Assembly: GCA_965250185.1 (NCBI GenBank)
Contig: OZ252293.1
Span: 4,601,904 to 4,665,903 of the forward strand
Length of the DNA: 64,000 nucleotides
Direction: 5' to 3'
Source of the DNA: Vicinamibacterales bacterium
GTDB lineage: Bacteria > Acidobacteriota > Vicinamibacteria > Vicinamibacterales > G965250185
Both the position numbers and the translations under genes were made by a program. Below, piece by piece: positions 57,408-64,000 of the stretch. How positions within the stretch are numbered: position 1 is the first letter of the stretch; every line of letters starts with the position of its first letter. The notes beneath the pieces were generated by a model that was given only the letters and a program-made list of their open reading frames with translations, had not been told where the DNA came from and made no database searches.

Positions 57408-58149
57408 CCTGTCCAGATCGACGGGTCAGCTCCTCGTACATCTTCGCAAGCTGGCGCCCCACCTCGTGCTCCTCATCGACGATGACGTCAGCGCCAGCCG
57501 CCTCCAGCTCGACCAGCGAACGGTGAAAGCGGGCGCGCACCAAGATCTGCGCGTGTCGGGCATGCAGACGGACGTAGCGGACGACCTGCACAGCAGTCTC
57601 TGTTCCCGGAACGGTAACCGCGACGAAGGCGGCGTGTGGCAGCCTCGCCTGCTCCAGAACCTCCGGGTACCGTGCGTCGGTGACGGCGCCGTGAACGAGG
57701 GAGTGGAAGGTGACGTAGAGGGCTGCCACGAGCGCCAGGCCGATGCCTCCGGCGCGCAGGACGCCCACCGCGACCTCTCGCGCTGTCCCCCCGTCGGCGA
57801 GCACGCTGACCACCAGGACGAACGGCACGACGGCCACCCCAACGCCGATCGCGATGGTGGCCGCCACCTGGAGCACGCCACTGTTCAGCGCGACTCGCCC
57901 CATGCCGCGCAGCCGTGCCCACGAGAACTCGAGTCCGATGGCAAAGAGCAGGAGTGCAACGCCGATCTCCGAGACCGCCAGCACCTCATCGTGATTCTGG
58001 ATGACATGCGTGACGTTCGGTCCCAGCAGCGCTCCCGCGAGCAGATAGCCGACGAGGGCGCTCTGGCCGGCACGCTCGAACAGCCCCCCGAGGAGCGCGC
58101 CGGCCCCGAGCAAGATGACGACGTCGAGCAGGATCTGCCAGATATCCAC
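57385..58149 (-). CDS. Kef-type cation/proton antiporter remnant (N-terminal TMs joined to the end of a KTN/RCK domain)
   Basis: It begins like KefB/C (MDIWQILLDVVILLGAGALLG...LLAGALLGPN) and ends like a TrkA-N domain (ILVRARFHRSLVELEAAGADVIVDEE). At 254 aa it is far shorter than typical Kef proteins. Confidence 0.6.
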   Translation of the reverse strand: MDIWQILLDVVILLGAGALLGGLFERAGQSALVGYLLAGALLGPNVTHVIQNHDEVLAVSEIGVALLLFAIGLEFSWARLRGMGRVALNSGVLQVAATIAIGVGVAVVPFVLVVSVLADGGTAREVAVGVLRAGGIGLALVAALYVTFHSLVHGAVTDARYPEVLEQARLPHAAFVAVTVPGTETAVQVVRYVRLHARHAQILVRARFHRSLVELEAAGADVIVDEEHEVGRQLAKMYEELTRRSGQDAPRAVR

Positions 58150-58181
58150 GATGGCCTCGAGCCCAGGAGCCGGACTCCGGA

Positions 58182-60173
58182 TCAGCGCTCGCTCCGGGTC
58201 ACCCAGTCGTAATGGGCCACTGCTCGCTCGAGCACGCCCGGTAGGTCTTCGGGGAGCAACAGCCGTTGCTCGATCAGGAGCAGCGCCGCACCCGCGATCT
58301 TGCCGCGGTAGTCGTCACGATCGCGATAGCGCGACTCCACGGCTGCCCGCGAATCGCCCGTGTCGGCGCGCTCGGCTTCAGTCAACGGCAACGCCAGGTA
58401 AGACCCGATCTCGCCTGCGAGATGATCCGGTGCTCCGATGCTCGAGTGGCGGTAGTTCCAGCCCGTGTGCGTCGCGAGTGGCACCTCGATCTCCGGCAGC
58501 CGGATCCCAGCGCGGTCGTTCCCGCTGGCGTCCACGGCAGGGACCCGCACGACGAACGGTTTCCCGATCCCGGGTGGCTCGCGATCGACGATGCCTTCCG
58601 ACCAGCGCGGTCCGAAATCCAGACGGTACGCCGCCAGCGGGTCGTGCGGAAGCGGCATGTTGGGAATCGTGGGCCACCCGGCATCTCCCGGTGCCACGAG
58701 CGTGGCGTCCGAGAGGCGCGGATACTGGCTCGCGGGGGGCTCGACGTCGTCTGCCACCCACGCGTCCATCGCGCGAAACAGCGCCCTGATCAGAGGCGCA
58801 CGCACGAGCGGGTTGCGTGGCGCCTGCCCCAGCAGGAGTCCCGGACCGTCCACCGGTGGAAAGCGCCCGACGACGTGCGGTACGGACGACATGAGGTAGA
58901 TGCGGGTCGTCTCCGGTAGCTCGACGTCACGGGTCCCGGTGGGATCGGTGTGAACCAACGATCCGGAGCGATTGTAGTACTCGGAGCTCGTGAGCAAGTG
59001 GAACAGCTTCGGGACCGTGCCGGTCCGCTCCGCCTGTGCCAGCACGCCATCAGTCACGCCCGTCTCAGGATCGGTCTCGAGTCCGTCGGTGAACGGGAAC
59101 ATGTCGACCGGGAACAAGATGTTGTAGTGGTGCAGCGCGTCGCGCGACGCCTGGCCGAACCGGTGGTTGAACGACCCACGGCCCGCTCCGCCCGCTTGAT
59201 CGATCACACCGTCAAACACGCGGCGCCCCTGCTCGTCCTCGTTGAAACCCTGATACAGGAAATGCCGGAGGAAACGCCCGCTCTGCGAGTTACCCCAGGC
59301 GATCGCGTGCTCGATCCCGGGCGTTGGATGATCGGCGCCGATGCCGTCCTTGAGATAACTGATCAGATCGCGCGTTCCGGCCAGGCCGCACCCGACGATG
59401 CGCGGATCCCGAGCTGTGTAGACCACGTCATAGATTCGGCCCGGCTCGAAGCCTCCGTCGAGCGCCACGAGCCCAGGGCCGACGAAACGCCACCGCGATC
59501 GCTCCACGACCGTCGCAGGATCGAGCCGGCGATTCCGCACCGTCATCACATGCTCGTCGCTGTCGGGATCGACGACCGGGTACGCCCGATGGCCCCGATC
59601 GGCAACCGATGCCGTGTCCGCCCGCCCGTCGAGGATGAAGTTCCCGCGCACCAGACCGGTGAGGGGGGCGTCGTCGATCGCCGCAATCGGGATCTCCATC
59701 CGCATGCGTCCCTCCGGCACGTCCCACTGCCAGCCCATCCAGACGAGCGTGAAACCCTGGCGCATGAGGTCGCCCGTGCCAAAGTCGTCGGCGGCCGTCG
59801 GGTCAGCGGATCTCGCGCCGTTCTGAAATACGGAGAGGATCCGCTTGCCGCCTCGATTCCCGACCTCGTAGAACACGCGGCCGTTGCCCCGCGACGGGTC
59901 GAGGGGCCTCAGGATGTAGATGTCGGCGCTGAATTCGACGTCCCCCTCGGCGTTCTTGGGGCCCAGCGACAGGTCGACAATGCGCTGATTCCGAGGCTCG
60001 TCTGGATCGAGGGCGAACTCGGCTCGCCCGACGAGCTTCTCGTACGGGCCGGCGACTCCGAACGCTCGCCCGTCCAGCACGGGCTCGCGCCGGTCGACCA
60101 CGAGACGGACGACGCGGGCCTCAACAGAGGCGACCGTCAGGCAGGTCAGGCAGACAACGAGTAAAGCTCTCAT
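58182..60173 (-). CDS. secreted alpha/beta-hydrolase-domain-like protein of unknown function
   Basis: It has a signal peptide. The family assignment rests on general resemblance only. Confidence 0.6.
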   Translation of the reverse strand: MRALLVVCLTCLTVASVEARVVRLVVDRREPVLDGRAFGVAGPYEKLVGRAEFALDPDEPRNQRIVDLSLGPKNAEGDVEFSADIYILRPLDPSRGNGRVFYEVGNRGGKRILSVFQNGARSADPTAADDFGTGDLMRQGFTLVWMGWQWDVPEGRMRMEIPIAAIDDAPLTGLVRGNFILDGRADTASVADRGHRAYPVVDPDSDEHVMTVRNRRLDPATVVERSRWRFVGPGLVALDGGFEPGRIYDVVYTARDPRIVGCGLAGTRDLISYLKDGIGADHPTPGIEHAIAWGNSQSGRFLRHFLYQGFNEDEQGRRVFDGVIDQAGGAGRGSFNHRFGQASRDALHHYNILFPVDMFPFTDGLETDPETGVTDGVLAQAERTGTVPKLFHLLTSSEYYNRSGSLVHTDPTGTRDVELPETTRIYLMSSVPHVVGRFPPVDGPGLLLGQAPRNPLVRAPLIRALFRAMDAWVADDVEPPASQYPRLSDATLVAPGDAGWPTIPNMPLPHDPLAAYRLDFGPRWSEGIVDREPPGIGKPFVVRVPAVDASGNDRAGIRLPEIEVPLATHTGWNYRHSSIGAPDHLAGEIGSYLALPLTEAERADTGDSRAAVESRYRDRDDYRGKIAGAALLLIEQRLLLPEDLPGVLERAVAHYDWVTRSER

Positions 60174-60270
60174 CGGAAACTCCCCCGTCCCGGGTTCGAC
60201 GAACGGGCGTCAATCGGGACAGCGACACAATGCTACACTGCGAGTCTGGTCACCCGCACAACCTCGCACC

Positions 60271-61659
60271 ATGCCCGAGACGCCAACCCTGAGCCTCGCC
60301 GAGGAGTACGCGACCGCGCGGCCGCGGTCTCGAGCGCTGCACGCGCGTGCCCTGAAGAGCCTGCCGGGCGGCATTTCGCACGACGGCCGAGCCCTCACGC
60401 CATTTCCGCTCTACGTCGAACGGGCCGATGGCGCTCGCAAGTGGGACGTCGACGGTCACGAGTACATTGACGCCTGGAGCGGGCACGGCTCGCTCATCCT
60501 CGGCCACAACCATCCGGCCGTCGTGGCGGCTATCACGGAACAGGCGCGCCGGGGCCTCCACTACAGTGCCTGTCACGAACTCGAACTACGGTGGGCCGAG
60601 CTCATCCTGGAGTGTGTGCCGGGCGCCGAACGCGTTCGCTTCACGGTAACCGGCACCGAGACGAACGCGCTGGCCTTGAAGGTGGCTCGCGCGTGTACCG
60701 GCCGCACCCGCGTCATCAAGTTCGAGGGACACTTCCACGGCCTGCACGACTATCTGGTTGGCGGCGTCAAGTATCCGTTCCACACGCCCGCCAGCGCAGG
60801 GGTCCCCCGGGCGGCCACCGACACGGTGCGGCTCGTCCGCCACGGCGACCTCGAGACGACTCGAGCGCTGCTGGAGGAGGGCGACGTGGCCGCCGTGATC
60901 CTCGAGCCGGGCGCGGCGCACAGTGCGATCGCACCGACCGCTCCGGAGTTCCTTCGCGAATTGCGGGAGCTGACGCAGCGGCACGGCACGGTTCTGATCT
61001 TCGACGAGGTGGTGACGGGCTTCCGGATGGCGCCCGGCGGCGCGCAGGAGTATTTCGGCGTGACGGCCGACCTCGTCAGCTTCGCCAAAGCGGTCGCGGG
61101 CGGCCTGCCGGGCGGGGCGCTGGTAGGGCGCGCCGACCTGCTCGAGTCGATCGCCTTTACGCATGACGCCGAGCACGACCGGATGCGACGAGTCGCCGAC
61201 CAGGGCACGCACAGCGCCGTGCCGCTGGTGGCGGCGGCTGGAATCGCCGCGCTCGAGATCCTTAGGACCGGCGAGCCGCAACGCCGCATGAACCAGCTCG
61301 GCGACCGCCTACGCGATGGTTGCAACGACGTGCTTGCGCATCGTGGCGTGCCCGGCGTCGTCTACGGCCACACGTCGATCTTCCGGATGTTTCTGGGGAA
61401 AAGCCGAGAGCAGCTTGGCTTGCACGACGGAAGCTACGACCATGAGACGTTGGACCGAGGCATGGGTCCGATCGGCGCCTCGCTACACCTCGCCATGTTG
61501 ATCAACGGCGTGGACTACACGCGCGGTCTCGGGATCGGGTGGCTCAATGACGCGATGACCGTAGCGGACATCGACCAGATGGTCAGCGCTTTCGACCGAT
61601 CGATCGGGCGAATCGCGGCCGCAGGCATTCATCGATCGGGCCCTGAGCCTGAGTCCTGA
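60271..61659 (+). CDS. class III (GSA aminomutase-like) PLP-dependent aminotransferase
   Basis: It has YIDAWSGHGSLILGHNHP, IFDEVVTGFR and the PLP-Lys context SFAKAVAGG. Confidence 0.85.
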   Translation: MPETPTLSLAEEYATARPRSRALHARALKSLPGGISHDGRALTPFPLYVERADGARKWDVDGHEYIDAWSGHGSLILGHNHPAVVAAITEQARRGLHYSACHELELRWAELILECVPGAERVRFTVTGTETNALALKVARACTGRTRVIKFEGHFHGLHDYLVGGVKYPFHTPASAGVPRAATDTVRLVRHGDLETTRALLEEGDVAAVILEPGAAHSAIAPTAPEFLRELRELTQRHGTVLIFDEVVTGFRMAPGGAQEYFGVTADLVSFAKAVAGGLPGGALVGRADLLESIAFTHDAEHDRMRRVADQGTHSAVPLVAAAGIAALEILRTGEPQRRMNQLGDRLRDGCNDVLAHRGVPGVVYGHTSIFRMFLGKSREQLGLHDGSYDHETLDRGMGPIGASLHLAMLINGVDYTRGLGIGWLNDAMTVADIDQMVSAFDRSIGRIAAAGIHRSGPEPES

Positions 61660-61702
61660 GCCCGACCTGACCTCCATTCGGCATGAAGACGCGAGGAAGC
61701 TC

Positions 61703-62161
61703 GTGAGGGTCCCGCTGGTCGCGGCGACGCTGGGGCTCCTGCTGCTCACGTGGTTCGGGCTCACACAATGGTTCCGGACGGGCGCGCCACTGCCTCGTTC
61801 GGCGCCGGAACTCGCAACGACCGATCCTGCGGCAGCGCACACGGCAGCCGAGGCCACCGACGCGACGCTGCCCTACTACCCGCCCAACCGGGGTGCCGGA
61901 TGGACGAGCCTCGGGGTCACCGCGGCCCACGCCGCGATGGTGATGCGCCTGACCGTGGATGACGGCTACGACCCGATGGCCATCGCGCGGGACATCGTCG
62001 AGCCGCTGATGCCGAGTTATGTCGAGATCCTGCTCTACGTGCACGACGCCGAGCGGGAGGCCGCGATGCCGCGCCTGCGCATCCAGTGGACGCCGGGGCG
62101 GGGCTACGTCGCCACCGACTACCTCGAGATGGACGCGACCGTGACTCGCGAGGAAGGCTGA
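61703..62161 (+). CDS. membrane-anchored hypothetical protein
   Basis: The GTG start is preceded by GAGGAAG and followed by an N-terminal TM helix. No family is recognised. Confidence 0.5.
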   Translation: MRVPLVAATLGLLLLTWFGLTQWFRTGAPLPRSAPELATTDPAAAHTAAEATDATLPYYPPNRGAGWTSLGVTAAHAAMVMRLTVDDGYDPMAIARDIVEPLMPSYVEILLYVHDAEREAAMPRLRIQWTPGRGYVATDYLEMDATVTREEG

Positions 62162-62169
62162 TCGGCTCG

Positions 62170-62603
62170 TCACCGCGGCGACGGTGAATCAGCGGCGAAT
62201 GTCGAGTTCGCATCCTGCGCGCTCAGACGCTGCCAGCCGGCGAGCGTGAGGGGCCACACCGGTAGGTGCTTGCCGAGGTAGATACCGAAACCTTCGGAGC
62301 CCGCCGCGCGGAACCAGCGGTTACCGCTCGACCGCAGGGTCTCGAAAAAGTGTGGCCACTGGCCGACGCTGAACAGCAGCGCCTCGCCGTCGGTTCCGAT
62401 CGTGTTATCCGTCAGCGTCCAGTGCGTCGACCGGATCTGCTGCTCCCGATCGGTTCGCGAATCGGTGACCGTTCGAACGACGTGGTGATCGTCCTGCCAG
62501 GGAATCACGATCTGGTGCTCGACGTTGCCGGTGATGACGTTGCGCTCCAACGTCACGTGGGACGCGCTCGTGCTCAGGATACCGAGCTCTCCGTTGTCCC
62601 TAA
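62170..62603 (-). pseudogene. 3' portion of a beta-helix-repeat-like gene split by the IS
   Basis: The frame is continuous with 63887..64000 once the IS and one TSD copy are removed (...MMIRDSTIRDNGELGILSTSASHVTLERNVITGN...). Confidence 0.6.
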
Positions 62604-63886
62604 GGCTTCGTCAATAAACAAGATTTACATTATGACCCGGTCGGCGTAGACTGCCTGCTGTGTCCGACCTGCGTGCGCTGAAGCAGAAGGTGGCGCGGCT
62701 GTGGCCGCATCTGGACGAACGCTCGCGTCGGTTGTTTGCGGCCAGTGAAGCCCGGTAACTCGGCCATGGCGGCGTGGCCCTCATGAGTCGCGCCTGTGGG
62801 TTGTCGCGTGTCACGATCACGAAAGGGTTGCAGGAACTGGACGCACCTCCACTGCCGACGGGGCGGGTGCGGCGGCCGGGGGGCGGCCGGCCGGCCCTCG
62901 TGGTGCGCGATCCCGATTTGCCCGCGCGGTTGGAGGCGCTGGTCGAGCCGCTGACCCGGGGCGACCCGGAGTCGCCGTTGCGGTGGACGAGCAAGAGCAC
63001 GCGGACCTTGGCGGCCACACTCACCGCCCAGCATCATCCGGTGAGTCACGAAAAGGTGGCCCAGCTGCTGCGGGCGCTCGACTACAGCCTGCAGGGCACG
63101 CGCAAGATGGAGGAAGGGGCGGACCATCCCGACCGCGATGCGCAGTTTGCGTACATCAATGACCACGTGCGCCGGGCGCTCCGGGCGCAACGCCCCGTCA
63201 TCTCGGTCGACACTAAGAAGAAGGAACTCCTGGGCAACTACCACAACGCCGGGCGGCAATGGCGACCCGCGAAGGCTCCGCCGAGGGTACAGGTGCACGA
63301 CTTTCCGGCGCCTTCCGTACCGCGGGCGTATCCGTACGGCATCTACGACGTGGGGCGCAACACCGGCTTCGTCAATGTGGGGACGGATCATGACACCGGG
63401 GCCTTCGCCGTCGCCTCCATTCGTGGTTGGTGGCGGGCCCAGGGGCGGCGGCTCTACCCGAACGCCCGCCGACTCCTGATCACCGCGGACGGTGGCGGCA
63501 GTAACGGCTACCGGCTGCGCCAGTGGAAGGTGGAGTTGCAACGCTTAGCGGACGGCGCGGGGCTCGCCCTCGTGGTCTGCCACTTTCCCCCTGGCACCAG
63601 CAAGTGGAACAAGGTCGAGCATCGGTTGTTCTCGTTCATTTCCTCGAACTGGCGCGGGGAACCCCTGCGCGATTACGAGACCATCGTTCGGCTCATTGCG
63701 AAAACGACGACCGCCAAAGGCCTCACCGTCACCTGTCGACTCGACCGGCGGCGCTATCCCGTCGGCCGCAAGGTCTCTGACCAGGAGATGACCACGCTCA
63801 ACCTCACGCCGCAACCCTTCCACGGTGAATGGAACTACGTGATTAGGCCGCGCGCCAATGTGTGAAGTTTGTTTATTGACAGCGCC
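62604..63886 (+). mobile_element. ISAzo13-family insertion sequence (about 1.28 kb)
   Basis: The 26-bp imperfect terminal IRs are GGCTTCGTCAATAAACAAGATTTACA and GGCGCTGTCAATAAACAAACTTCACA (20 of 26 match). The flanking direct repeat is TAA (or CTAA). Confidence 0.8.
62774..63865 (+). CDS. ISAzo13-family DDE transposase (N-terminal 32 codons separated by an in-frame TAA at 62756-62758)
   Basis: It has family-typical blocks (VDTKKKELLGNY, AYPYGIYD, GTDHDT, ITADGGGSNG, PPGTSKWNKVEHRLFS). Upstream and in frame is VSDLRALKQKVARLWPHLDERSRRLFAASEAR*. Confidence 0.8.
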   Translation: MALMSRACGLSRVTITKGLQELDAPPLPTGRVRRPGGGRPALVVRDPDLPARLEALVEPLTRGDPESPLRWTSKSTRTLAATLTAQHHPVSHEKVAQLLRALDYSLQGTRKMEEGADHPDRDAQFAYINDHVRRALRAQRPVISVDTKKKELLGNYHNAGRQWRPAKAPPRVQVHDFPAPSVPRAYPYGIYDVGRNTGFVNVGTDHDTGAFAVASIRGWWRAQGRRLYPNARRLLITADGGGSNGYRLRQWKVELQRLADGAGLALVVCHFPPGTSKWNKVEHRLFSFISSNWRGEPLRDYETIVRLIAKTTTAKGLTVTCRLDRRRYPVGRKVSDQEMTTLNLTPQPFHGEWNYVIRPRANV

Positions 63887-64000
63887 TAATCGTGCTATCG
63901 CGGATCATCATCGGCCCCTGGATGGCCTCGATGAACATGCCGCGTGTCCGGTTCTCGGCCAGCAGCGCATCCTCGATCACGACGTTCGTCGCATCCGTGT
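63887..64000 (-). pseudogene. 5'-proximal portion of the IS-disrupted beta-helix-like gene, continuing beyond the window
   Basis: The minus-strand frame reads TDATNVVIEDALLAENRTRGMFIEAIQGPMMIRDST. Confidence 0.5.

Noticed and set aside
1-64000. tRNA, rRNA, tmRNA or other classical RNA genes
   Set aside because: I noticed no cloverleaf-like GTTCGAATC-type T-arm motifs or rRNA-like stretches when reading the intergenic regions. This was a by-eye scan, so a formal tRNAscan or Rfam search is still needed.

Overview
GC-rich bacterial chromosomal segment. An ADOP-type duplicated MacB/FtsX permease suggests Acidobacteriota, which is inference only. I can support about 60 protein genes and saw no rRNA, tRNA or CRISPR array. 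Most are housekeeping or metabolic: Mrp/ApbC, a DEAD-box helicase, a dapB-dapA-dapD-M20 operon, M24 and M1 peptidases, two tandem sulfite-oxidase-family molybdoenzymes, DsbD, a UbiD-family decarboxylase, ApbE with a split NosR-like flavo/FeS membrane module, two c-di-GMP genes, GAF-PP2C and STAS partner-switching parts, a TRAP permease, and one ISAzo13-family IS inserted in a beta-helix gene.

Points worth a second look:
1. A MerP-like HMA gene has an in-frame TGA in place of the first Cys codon of GMTCxxC. A 17-nt hairpin starts 11 nt downstream, making it a candidate selenoprotein. The gene is translationally coupled to a MerT-like gene and divergent from dsbD.
2. Directly upstream of dapB there is a near-consensus promoter, a 33-codon leader ORF with Lys codons, mutually exclusive 1:2, 2:3 and 3:4 helices, and a strong terminator. 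This is a candidate attenuator.
3. Composite inverted repeats of about 170-190 bp flank a VOC-TauE two-gene cassette.
4. Many intergenic spacers consist largely of short tandem arrays with units of 5-13 bp. Some units recur at distant loci.
5. Four genes are broken by frameshifts that all correspond to one missing base. This most likely reflects assembly deletions, so every pseudogene or recoding call here, including the TGA, needs read-level confirmation.

All calls come from reading the translations and the sequence by eye. No searches were run.
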